64,000 nt of DNA from Eledone cirrhosa (Eukaryota): positions 4,836,001-4,900,000 of the forward strand of contig OZ024755.1 of NCBI GenBank assembly GCA_964016885.1, read 5' to 3'. The position numbers and the translations under genes are program-made. The notes below the pieces were generated by a model. That model ran no database searches. It had not been told where the DNA came from and saw only the letters and a program-made list of their open reading frames with translations. Of the stretch, positions 27,181 through 38,604 are shown one piece after another. Positions within the stretch are counted from its first letter, which is position 1. Every line of letters begins with the position of its first letter.

Positions 27181-27665
27181 ATTTAATGTCAGCTACTCTA
27201 TGCTGGCATGGGTGAGATAGGTTATCACAGACTAAGTCAGTATTTAATTAGATCTACTGACCTCTCAAACAGGCTGGAGGCTGTGTCTTACATTCCAGCA
27301 CTTTATAAAGTGTACTGGGTGAATTATATTCTGGCATTGGCTCTAGGGAAGTTGTCGTGTCTTTCATACAACTAAAGGGTCCTCTCAACCCTCCATTTGG
27401 CATGGTTTCTACAGCTCAATGTTCCTCCTAATGCCAACTACTTTACAGAGTATACTAGGTGTGTTTTTCATGGCACCAGCACTAAAGAAATTGTTGTACT
27501 CATAAAGTGATTGAAGGATTCTCTCAACCCTCCGTTTGGACCAGTTTCAATGGCTGGATGCCCTTCTTAATACCAACCACTTTAAAGACTTTACTGGGTA
27601 CATGTTTATTTTGGCACCAACCAATTTACAGAGTGGACTGGTGTATTTTATGCTGCCACCCACCA
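27180..27665 (-). mobile_element. family C SINE-like element with internal duplications
   Basis: Repeated GGATGCCCTTCTTAATACCAACCACTTTA and GGCACCA modules; tail CATGCTGGCATGGGT. Confidence 0.65.
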
Positions 27666-28786
27666 GAACAAAACAGGTTATCTTTGAAGACTTCAACGTC
27701 TCTTCTATAGGGTATCAGTTTTTATTCAGAGTTACTCTGCTCTTAGATAGGTTGCCTTCACTGTGGCTTATGGAGATGACATCTCTCTTATTAAGCTGTT
27801 ATATAGAATTACTTCTCTCCTAGACAACATGTCTCACAGAACCCAAATCTGCCCCAAGACTTCTTCCTCTTCTTCTTTTACTTCTTCTTCTTCTTCTTCT
27901 TCATTAATATTTACAAATCTGTTCGTTAGGATTGTTCAACCAATCATGAACAGTATAATAAAGTAATTAATTGATAAGTAATTATCATGTGTAAATAAAT
28001 TAACTTGCTCCCAGATGTGTTATACAAAATTAAAAAAGGTACATATATACATACATATATACATACATATATATGTGTGTGTGCGTGTATTTGGCATATA
28101 TACGTGTGGCCTATGCCCTAAGGCCTATAAGTCAAGCTGGATTAAGCATTAAGTAAAGTTATCACAGGCTTAAAGCATCAAGGGACTAGGGCACCACTGA
28201 TATTTTCCATTGTCAGATTTACTAAACAGCAAACAGTGCAGCTGAACTAAAGTCCACAAAAATGGGACCAGCAACTATATTTGTATATATGTATATATAA
28301 AAATTGTATATTATATGTATATTCAAAGGGTGGTGCCACAGCATGGCCTCAGCCAGATAGCTGGGACAGGTAAAAGAGTAAAAGAATATACATGTGTGTA
28401 TATATATATATATAATGTATATGTCCTTGCTAGCAGGGAAAGCAGATGTTAAAACGATGATGATGATGATGATGATATATATATATATAAGTCATAGTTG
28501 AAGGTCTCATTCAGTTAAAGAGATTTACTACAAGTAATCAGATTAAGAAGATTAATATTTGTAATCTGGGGATTAAGAAATTATTGTCACAAAATAATAC
28601 AGATTAACAGATTATCATGTATGGTATAAATTAACAGATTAAGAGTTTATAATGCATGGTATAGATTAACAGATTATAATTTATGGTATAGATGAACAGA
28701 TTATGGGATTATCACTCAGAACATAAAAGGGAAGTAACTATATGCCACAAAGCATGTTGTCTGACACTCTACCTTGATATTGTTTA

Positions 28787-28976
28787 ATAATTGTTTCTAC
28801 TTTTGGCACAAGGCCAGCAATTATCCCAGTGTATTACCGGTACTTTATTTTATCAACCCCGTAAGGATGAAAGGCAAAGTTAAACTCGGCGGGATTTGAA
28901 CTCAGATCATAAAGGGAGGTAACTCTATGCTTCAAAGCATGGCGTCCGACCCTCTACCGATTCTGCCAATCCATTA
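28787..28976 (-). mobile_element. SINE family A nested in a SINE cluster
   Basis: Full length; 18-bp TSD TTGATATTGTTTAATAAT. Confidence 0.9.
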
Positions 28977-28995
28977 CTTTGATATTGTTTAATAA

Positions 28996-29210
28996 TGGTT
29001 TCTGATTCAGGCACAAGGCCAGCAATTTGGGGGGAATGAAAAGTCGATTAAATCGACGTCAGTACTTGACTGGTACTTTATTTTATCAACTGTGTAAGGA
29101 CGGAAGGCAAAGTTACTCTCGGCAGGATTTTAACTTAGAATGTAAAGGGCCGTAACTCTATGCCGCGATGCAGGGTGTCTGACACTCCTGATTCTACCAA
29201 ACCACCACCA
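28996..29210 (-). mobile_element. SINE family A (long subfamily)
   Basis: Core and A/B boxes on the minus strand. Confidence 0.85.
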
Positions 29211-30546
29211 TAACAATGTTTAGTAATACTACTGTTATTTTTTTTTTTTTTTTTTCTTTTGGCATATAAAAAAGTTTATTTAAATAAGATATTAAGTAGT
29301 TTTTTTAATTTTTATTATTAGTTAGTTTGTTTCTTTTGCGGGAGGTAGACGGGGTGGGAGTTATAAGTAGAAAGATAAGTAGATACGAGTGTTTCTTTAA
29401 GTTGATATTTGAGTTATATTTAATATATTTAAAGCTCTGCATTGTTAAAACCATTTTTCATGATTACAAATCTTGTGGGTAATAATGTCTGCAATATTGG
29501 AATATTTTATGCAAGTTATTACCGACATCTTGTCACTCCACCCCCAATAATTCTGTACATCAGTTCATATTTTTTGTTCTCAATCTAATAAAAAAGAGAA
29601 GTCCCCTGATGATGTCATGTGTAAGGTATTATCAAGACTGATGTCTTAATATGACAGCATTACAAACTAAACAGTCAGCTTAAGCAACTAAACATGCCGA
29701 CTACAGTACTCCAGTTTCATTATTAAACAAATTTAGAAGCATGTCTCCACCCCCACCCAACCCCACTTATTTCCTACTTGTCTTTTATTTCCACTTTTGT
29801 TTCCAACTATTTTATATGACCTTTTTTTAATTTCTTTTTTTTTTAGTTTTAGTTTTATTTTACTAATAAAAAGTTGTAGATTCTTTTTTTGTCTTTTTTT
29901 TTTTTTTTTACTCCCACAAATATTAGTTTTCAACCCCTCGTATTCTCCCCTAATACTTGCACAAATATTAGTTTTCAACCCTCGTATTCTCCCCTAATTT
30001 AGATTCATCAATTATAAACTATTTAATAACTCAAATCATGTGTCAGAATTTTGCTCATTCCCTCGTGTATCTTTATATTTAAAATTTTTTTTTACAAACA
30101 TTGTGTGTGTGGGTGGGGGTGGGGGGTGTACATATGTGTATATGGAACATTGTATTATAATTTCTTTATTAAATAATAATTATTTCATTAATTGAGGCAG
30201 TGTATAACAATGGTATTTTCTTGTGAGTTATTTTTTTAGTCTTTAGTATTTTGTTTGAAATTTCTGAAGGGTTTAGTATCCTGTAAATTCTGTCTTATTA
30301 TTTTGATTACAAAATATACTATTTATATATTGTATTCTTCTTTCTTTCTATTTTTTTAGAAGGTACTTGAACCATTTTGGTGACTGCCAATAAAAGATTA
30401 CATTTTTACAGTCTCTGCTTAACTTTAATAAGTGTCCATATTCTCAATAAATTTCTTGACTAGGTTGAACAGCTTTAGAGAGATCCCTGGCTTTTCCTTT
30501 CAATTTTAATAATACTATTTCTTTTCCATTATTTACTAGCACAAAG

Positions 30547-30733
30547 TAGCGGTGAATTGGCAGTATCGGTAGAGGGTCGGACGCCATGCTTTTTAGCATA
30601 GTTACGTCCCTTTACGGTCTGAGTTCAAATCCCGTCGAGGTTAACTTTGCCTTTGATCCTTATGGGGTCGATAAAATAACGTACCAGTAATGTACTGGAT
30701 AATTGCTGGCCTTGTGCCAAAAGTAGAAACAAT
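30547..30733 (+). mobile_element. SINE family A
   Basis: Intact boxes; TSD ATTATTTACTAGCACAAA. Confidence 0.92.
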
Positions 30734-31550
30734 TATTTACTAGCACAAAAGGGTGGTTAATTGCCTTTTATTGTGGCACTGAAGGGTGGAGTGGGTGCTT
30801 TTTGTCATGTCACCAGCACTACTACCTTACAGGGTGGACTGGGTGCTTTTTGTCATGTCACCAGCTGGAACAACATGAAATAAAATATCTTGCTCAAGGA
30901 CATAATACCCTGTTGTGAATCAAACTTATGACTTTTCAATTGTTAACTAAGAACCCTAACCTCTAAGCCATGTTTCTTTCTCCTCTTGCCCAAGGACATA
31001 ATACCCTGCTGTGAATCGAACTCATGACTTTTCAATTGTTAACCAAGCACCCTAACCTCTAAGCCATGCTTCTTCACCCTTAGATGATAATATTTGGCTG
31101 TTGATCTGAGGACCTCCTATGGAATACATCTAATATCTCAGCTTTCTAAAAACAATATAATATATAAGTTCTCTACCCACTACCCTCTCAAGAATAAGTG
31201 GGCGAAGAAGGAGAAGAAGTCAAAAGAAGACTCTCTCTCTTATCTTCTCCATGTTTTGCATGTCTCACATTACTACCCTAGGAGGGTTGTAAATGGCAGT
31301 TTTTTTATGTAACTTTTGGAACAATATTTCCCATCTGTCTGCCTATAATACCAGTTTCTTATCTGTCCCTTGAGTGTCAACAGAAGTTATCTCTCTCTTC
31401 CTCCCTCACACACACATATATATATATATATATGTGTGTGTGTGTACAATGTATATACATCATCATCGTTTACTGTCCATCTATATATATATATATGTAT
31501 ACAAATATAAATTCAGTGAGAATTGTATGCAAATATATAGTTAAGGCTTA

Positions 31551-31706
31551 ATAGTGAGTCTTGTTACTCTAGAGTAACTCTTATCTGATGACCCTGTGAT
31601 AAACAGACAAAACTCCAGAGTAATAAGACTCACTGTTTAGTTTTAATAAAATGAATATTAAAACTCTACTTCGGTATTGAGTACTCCTTTCTCTAAGCCA
31701 TTAACC
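31551..31706 (+). mobile_element. fold-back element containing a hammerhead and the GTATTGAGTAC motif
   Basis: Inverted repeat AGTGAGTCTTGTTACTCTAGAGT / ACTCCAGAGTAATAAGACTCACT, then AATAAA and ACTCTAC..GTATTGAGTAC (31674-31684). Next to (TA)n. Confidence 0.7.
31579..31628 (+). ncRNA. type I hammerhead ribozyme with a G12A core mutation
   Basis: TCTTAT CTGATGA cc CTGT-gataa-ACAG ac [A]AAA CT-ccag-AG TA / ATAAGA: 6-bp stem I, 4-bp stem II, 3-bp stem III, GUA triplet. CGAAA to CAAAA fits CpG decay. Confidence 0.7.
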
Positions 31707-31780
31707 ACACACATGTATATATATATATATATATATCATCATCATTTTCATGTCCACTCTATATATATACATATGTTTAT

Positions 31781-31987
31781 CCCTTTAGCATTTAAACTGG
31801 CTGTATCCAGCCAGAATTCTCTCACCACTTTCTGTTCTAACAAGCTGTAACCGGTGCTCATACTGATGTTAAGGTATTGTTCTCAAAATAAATAATATCA
31901 AAATCTCATAGATTCGATATTATGTAAGATAAAGCCTTTACCACAAAAATACAATAGTATATATAGAGTAATGTAAATGCTAAAGGG
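31781..31987. mobile_element. piggyBac-like MITE with a TTAT target duplication
   Basis: TIRs CCCTTTAGCATTTA / TAAATGCTAAAGGG; TTAT on both sides. Confidence 0.85.
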
Positions 31988-32210
31988 TTATACATGCATT
32001 CATGTATACAGGATATATATTGTGGTGAGATATATATTGTGGAATATATCTGCATCTGTCAACTTAATGTTTTCTCTTAACAATAAGCAATGATAATAAA
32101 AATGATGATTTGTAAATATTTAAATAACAATTATTGCAATTAATAAATAATGAGAAAAGTTTATTGTTTAAGTTTTAATATCTAATATTTCATAATTTCT
32201 TCTATTTCAG

Positions 32211-32266
32211 GTAAGTACTCTTACATGTTCCCTAAACGATGTTCTCTCAGAGTGGCACCTGAAAAG
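32211..32266 (+). CDS. candidate small internal exon of an unidentified host gene
   Basis: Polypyrimidine acceptor TTTCTTCTATTTCAG, open frame KYSYMFPKRCSLRVAPEK and donor AAG/GTAGAG in otherwise non-repetitive AT-rich DNA. No homology recognised. Confidence 0.3.
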
Positions 32267-32562
32267 GTAGAGTTTATGAAAATGTTTATAATTTTCAGAA
32301 CGGTTTTTATACACTTTTATTTTGCATTCATGAACTCATAACTCCTCAGGAAGTTATAGGGGGGAATGTTGGTATATGGTGTTTCTTGGGCAATTCTAAA
32401 CCTGGCAGAGCCCATCACCTCTCCAGGTCTCTGAATATACCAGATTTCTTTCAGAGAAGGAGAAAGAGAGAGAGAGAAGGAAGGAATGAAAGGCAAAGTT
32501 GACCTCGGCGGCATTTGAACTCAGAGAGCAGGGATCTGAAACGAATATCGCAAAGCATTCTA

Positions 32563-32880
32563 TGGTTTCTATGGCTGGATGTCCTTCCTAATACCCACTA
32601 CCTTACACTCTGTACTGGGTTCATGGTTTCTATGGCTGGATGTCCTTCCTAATACCCACTACCTTACACTCTGTACTGGGTTCATGGTTTCTATGGCTGG
32701 ATGTCCTTCCTAATACCCACTACCTTACACTCTGTACTGGGTTCATGGTTTCTATGGCTGGATGTCCTTCCTAATACCCACTACCTTACACTCTGTACTG
32801 GGTTCATGGTTTCTATGGCTGGATGTCCTTCCTAATACCCACTACCTTACACTCTGTACTGGGTTCATGGTTTCTATGGC
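32563..32880. repeat. 61-bp tandem repeat (5 identical copies) derived from family C
   Basis: Unit ATGGTTTCTATGGCTGGATGTCCTTCCTAATACCCACTACCTTACACTCTGTACTGGGTTC. Confidence 0.93.
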
Positions 32881-34013
32881 TGAAGGCCCTTCCTATTACC
32901 AACCACTTTACAGTGTGTACTGGGAATGGCTGGATGTCCTTCCTTATTACCAACCACTTCATGGCATATACCAGGTTTGTTTTATCAAGGTACCATGATT
33001 ACCACTACCACATGACAGGGAGGGTGAACTGAGTGCTTTTTCACGGTAGTAACACTATCATTTCACAATGTAGGCTGGGTTCATTTTATTGTGTCACCAG
33101 CACTTCTGTTTTCCAGCGTGGGCTGAGCACTGAGCACATTCTATTGTGAAACCAGTACTACCACGTTTCCACTGTTGGGCTCTTGAAATACAATCTGTGT
33201 TTTTATTTGAACACCAATCCTTAAATAAGATCCAACTTTTGAAAATCAAAATAAAAGAAGTAACATTTCTGAAAGAAAGACATTTTGTCAATGACTGGTG
33301 GTATATATATATATTGTGGGTATATATATATTGTGGGTATATATAATGGAGTATATATAGTGGGGTATATATAGTGGAGTATATATAGTGTGGTGTATAT
33401 ATATTGTGGGTATATATAGTGGAGTATATATAGAGGGGTATATATAGTGTGGGTGTATATATAGTGGGTATGTATAGTGGGTATATATATAGTGGGGTAT
33501 ATGTATAGTGGGTATATATATAGTGGGGTATATGTATAGTGGGTATATATATATAGTGGGGTATATATATTGTGGGTATATATAGTAGGATATATATAGT
33601 GGGGTATTCATCATCATCATCATTTTACACCCGCTTTTCCCTGCTTGCAAGGGTGGGACGGGTCTTATTCAGCACAGTATTATGAGTATATATTGTGAGG
33701 TATATACAATGGGTATATATTGTGGGTAAACACCCAAAACTTGCATATTTACACAAGTAGGATTGTTGATTTTGGACTCATAGAAACCTATTGGAGAACC
33801 AACACTCTGCCTCTGAGAGGGTCCAGGTTTGTTTATTAACCTGTTGGTTTTTTCGTTGTTTCGGTGTCGTGGCTAGGCTTGCCTGCCACAGTTTTCAATT
33901 TGTCATGCCACCTAACGAATGTTATAATTCTGAGCTTTCTCATGGAGTGCTTGGCTGCATAATTCCTAATTATATTTCATTGGTGGTGTCCAGCAGAAGC
34001 AAGGGGGGGGGGG

Positions 34014-34063
34014 GGAACCATCTATGCATTTCAGGCTTGACTGGCCTTCGTCAGGATGATCCC
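34014..34063 (-). ncRNA. intact minimal type I hammerhead ribozyme
   Basis: Minus strand GGGATCATC CTGACGA AGGC-cagtcaa-GCCT GAAA TGCA TA / GATGGTTCC: complete core, 9-bp stem I (two G-U pairs), 4-bp stem II, palindromic stem III ATGCAT, AUA cleavage triplet. Confidence 0.85.
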
Positions 34064-34101
34064 TCCCCCCGCTTGCGACTGCTGCACTTGAAAACAGCCG
34101 A

Positions 34102-34168
34102 GAATATATAGTTTTATGAAGCTGCATAAGCTGGCTCAACTTATGCAGCGAAATGACGTATTATGTTC
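34102..34168 (+). ncRNA. degenerate hammerhead ribozyme
   Basis: TTTATGA (two mismatches to CTGATGA), A, perfect 10-bp stem GCTGCATAAG / CTTATGCAGC, GAAA TGAC GTA. Flanks GAATATA / TATGTTC can pair. Confidence 0.45.
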
Positions 34169-34351
34169 GTTTTTTCCCGTTCTTTGCCAGGGAACGTTTC
34201 CACGAACCAAAGTACCGTCTTCCTGTCTTCCTCCGGCTGCAACATTTTTTTAAATATTCACTTCTGCGTTCACAGATTGACTTTGTTAGTTTCAGAAGAT
34301 GTTAAGGGTGAAAGCAGCGATTCTTTGCTTAAACTTTAATCTGTTATTTTA

Positions 34352-34392
<41 letters not shown>

Positions 34393-34937
34393 GGTATATA
34401 TATTGTGGGTGTATATAGTGGTGGGATATATATATATATAGACAGCATGTACTCTAAAACATACAGTATACATCATTATGAGGAGAGGGAGGTCGTGCTG
34501 TGGAGGCCTGTTGCAACATCCAATCATTCGTTAACTCTAGGAGGTCTCTAAACATCTCCTTATTGTTGGTGTGTTTATATACGACAGTTCAAGTTGTGTC
34601 ATATCCCCCTCACCTGCTTGTTTAGCTTCTCTACAGGTACTAGCAATCAACATCTGTCTTCAGGTGACGTATGTTGTTACCTGTCAATATATCTTTCACA
34701 TCTTTCCTATCTCTTTTTAATTTCACTTATGTTCCATCTCACCATATTAAAGCTGTTACACGACTCCTACCATCTTTATGGCACTTATTCTTATTTTTAC
34801 ATTCAGTTCAGTCTTTAAAATGGCTCTTACTCTCCTGGTGCAGTTTTTCTTTTCTTTCTTTCATTGTGGCATATTGTATCCCATCTCCTTCATTAACCCC
34901 CAGGTAACTATCAACTCCCACCTGATCTACTTCTTTG

Positions 34938-35176
34938 ATGACTATGTCTGTGTCATGCATCACTGATTCACTCAACTTTCTCACCTTTACACACCTATGT
35001 CATCTGAGAACCCCTTGACTATGTCTGTGTCATGCATCACTGATTCACTCAACTTTCTCACCTTTACACACCTATGTCATCTGAGAACCCCTTGACTATG
35101 TCTGTGTCATGCATCACTGATTCACTCAACTTTCTCACCTTTACACACCTATGTCATCTGTGAACCCCTTGACTAT
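34938..35176. repeat. 77-bp tandem repeat, 3 copies
   Basis: TGACTATGTCTGTGTCATGCATCACTGATTC...CTGAGAACCCCT is repeated. Confidence 0.93.
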
Positions 35177-36024
35177 TTTGAAAAGCCCTTTCAGTCCTTA
35201 CCTAGAGTTTTAAACTGTCCCTATATTATATATCTAGGATCTTACTATCCTTGGTCTTATAACCAAAATTCACAAATGCAAAGAAAAGACACTTTAATAA
35301 TTATTGGAAGGAATAATTGCTGACAAAATATATATATATATATATATATTATTTAATAAATCTAAACGTCCGTATAGAGCTAGTAAGCCATGCCAGACTA
35401 GGGGAAGTATCTACTACTTCTTACAGTTGAGAAACAAAAACAAAACAAGATAGACAGAGACAAGGGAGTATAAAAATAGAATAAAATAAAAGAATGGTTG
35501 TTGACAAAATATATATATATGTTTATTTATTTTATCAATTTAAACGTCCGTATAGAGCTAGTAATCCATGACACACACTATATATATAAATGAGCCTAAA
35601 TTAACTTGTGAACATTTGAACAAACGTCCGTATAGAGCTAGTAAGCAATAACAGAGTATATATATATATATATGTGTGTGTTGACCTAATATATCCCTTC
35701 CATATACTGTAACGATTGTGTTATTTCTGTTTACCTTTTACACACACACACACACACCCCTCTCTCTCTATATATATATATATATACACCACCACCCCAC
35801 TCTCAAGACCGTGAAACTAATAAACCTTTGTTCGTATTGCCTCTCTGTTTTGTTCCCGTTCAATTTTTCACTATATATATATATATATCCCATCGTATAT
35901 ATATATACTAATAATAATAAATTTGAAGACTAAAATCCAAAGAGGGCTCGATAAGGATAAATACAGATGTTTAAGCGATTCTTTGCTTAAACTTTAATCT
36001 GTTATTTTAATAATAAAAAAAAAA

Positions 36025-36080
<56 letters not shown>

Positions 36081-36085
<5 letters not shown>

Positions 36086-36124
36086 GAATGGATTTCTTCA
36101 CCATCTTTTAAGGGGATCGATGTT

Positions 36125-36176
<52 letters not shown>

Positions 36177-36220
36177 AACATCGATCCCCTTAAAAGATGG
36201 TGAAGAAATCCATTCCTTTT
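36081..36220. repeat. perfect palindrome centred on (TA)n
   Basis: AAAAGGAATGGATTTCTTCACCATCTTTTAAGGGGATCGATGTTCAAA, then (TA)n, then the exact reverse complement. Confidence 0.95.
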
Positions 36221-37654
36221 GTTTGGAATACTGGTAAACTGATATCCCTTAACTGTTAGAAATATGTTAAAACATCTCCCCTTTAAGTTATATATTGTTG
36301 GCAGTGGGGTAGTGAGTTATCTTCGGTGTCACAGCAGGGTGTATGTGTGTAGATGTGTAGATTTCAGGATTTTATGAAATGGTGGAGAAGCAGTATATAC
36401 ATGACCTGCAGTTCTACATTTATACTTTGATGTCAGCCTATACAATTATATTTTTCCTTGTCTACATATAGAATTTCATTTTGAGAGCCAGTTTCACAGC
36501 AGAGTGTTGGGTTAGGATATGGAATCTGTTTTTAGACAGGAAACTTAACAAAGCTCTCTCTCCCCTCTGAATACTTTTTCTATACTTGTGAAATAACCCA
36601 GACTATGTCCTCACTTCTTTTCACTTGTATGGTGAAATGTTATTCTGATTTCTTTGTAAATACTTCACTTTTTGTTTGTTTTGTTTGTTCTTGTTTTGTT
36701 TAAATCATATACTATATCGTATTTTAAAATATTCTGAAATAAGATATCCTTTTAAATTTCTCAAAACAAACAACTATCACAGTTCAAGAGGTTTAGTTTA
36801 AACAACCAGGTTATATTTACAACCGAATCTGTGGTTAAGGCAGGTGCCTAACTTACCCTATGATATTTGTTTCTACTTTAGGCACAAGGCCAGCAATTTT
36901 TGGGGAAATTGACCCTAGTGCATTTATTTTATCGACCCTGTAAAGATGAAAGGCAATGAGGCTTATTTCTCAACATAGTCCCTGGAAAGAAACAAACCAG
37001 TTATTAATAAGCAGAGTTGAAATTAATTGTTTCTACTTTTAGGCACAAGGCCATCAATTACCCAATGCATGCATTATTTCACAGCTATAGCATTATTCCT
37101 TCATAGCCAGCCTATGAACTTTCAGCCTACCATTCATACAGCATTTCTAGGGCATATTAAAACTTGGCAGAACCCATCTCCTCTCCAGGTCTCAATACAG
37201 CAGATATTTGTCCAGAGAAGGATAGAGAATGGAAGTGAGAAAGAATATCTGATGTATAACGGGTTAAATGGTTGCTCTTGCTTCCGTGTTTAGAGGTTCG
37301 AAAACAGAGAAATTCAATTACTCAAAATACACAATTCAATTTTTTTTTTCCTTCTTTTTAGTCATGCTGCCAGAAGTTTGTCAAATAAAATTATTTGAGC
37401 TGCAAGTTTTAAGTTAAGATTTAAATGTTTCTACAATTCCAAAATTGTTAAAATAGATTAGAAACTGCTGCCAGCTTCAGGTGGAATTTTGCCACGAGGA
37501 AACAAGTTTAGGTTGAAATATTAGGATATACAAGTTATTTGATATTATTCAGATGAAAAAATAGAATTTAGGTACAAAATCATTCCAGATGTATGTTTAA
37601 GGATGCAAAGTTTGTTTTATTTTTGTTTTTTTAAATCTAAATGCTAAAAATAAG

Positions 37655-38252
37655 ATCATCATCATCATCATTGTTTAACGTCCATTATTTTTCCATACTA
37701 GCATGGGTTAGACAAGTTATACTGCTGTGAAACAAGCCAGATCAGATGACTATGTCTTGCTCATACAGAACTGTTTTTGACTTGGTTTCTACAGTTGGAT
37801 GCCCTTCCTAACGTCAACCACATTTACAGTGTAGACTGGGTGCTCTTTGTAGTGACACCAACATGACCACTTTACAGTGTGGGCTGGTGCTTTTTGTAGT
37901 GACACCTACATGACCACTTTACAGTGTGGACTGGGTGTTTTTTGTAGTGACACCTACATGACCACTTTACAGTGTAGACTGGGTGCTCTTTGTAGTGACA
38001 CCAACATGACCACTTTACAGTGTGGGCTGGTGCTTTTTGTAGTGACACCTACATGACCACTTTACAGTGTAGACTGGGTGCTCTTTGTAGTGACACCAAC
38101 ATGACCACTTTACAGTGTGGGCTGGTGCTTTTTGTAGTGACACCTACATGACCACTTTACAGTGTGGATTGGGCACTTTTTGTAGTGACACCTACATGGC
38201 CACTTTACAGTGTGCACTTTTTATCATGACACCTACATGACCACTTTACAGT
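37655..38252 (-). mobile_element. family C element with a ~47-bp tandemly amplified module
   Basis: (CAT)n tail, GGATGCCCTTCCTAACG, then ~9 copies of CCACTTTACAGTGT(A/G)G..TGGGTGCT.TTTGTAGTGACACC.ACATGA. Confidence 0.8.
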
Positions 38253-38604
38253 CGAATTTTTGGTCACATATTCCTCAGTTTCTTTCCAAGTTTATACAGT
38301 ATGTTCATCATTACAGCCACTACATCACTAGATCTATCATATTCCTTATAAACATTTTATATTCATTTATATTTCTGACATAAGCTAGAAATATATCTAT
38401 GAAATATATCTTCAGAGAAATATATGAAACAGTGTAAATTTAAAGTTGATGAACTGTTTTATAGGTTAATGTTGCTGCATACCTTTATTTACTGCTATTA
38501 ACAAAATCAATAGTTTACTCTCAAACATACTAGTCTAAAACATACCACATATTACCAATCTTAAAGCAATTTATTGACTTGTATCATGTTGTATTATACT
38601 AACT

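Larger units (their letters stand above)
33750..34360. mobile_element. CpG-rich hammerhead-bearing insertion (Penelope-like pLTR or retrozyme-like)
   Basis: GC/CpG-rich island between TA-rich repeats carrying two divergently oriented HHR motifs. Downstream of the minus-strand HHR are AATAAA and GGTTTCTATGAGTCC. Confidence 0.55.
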
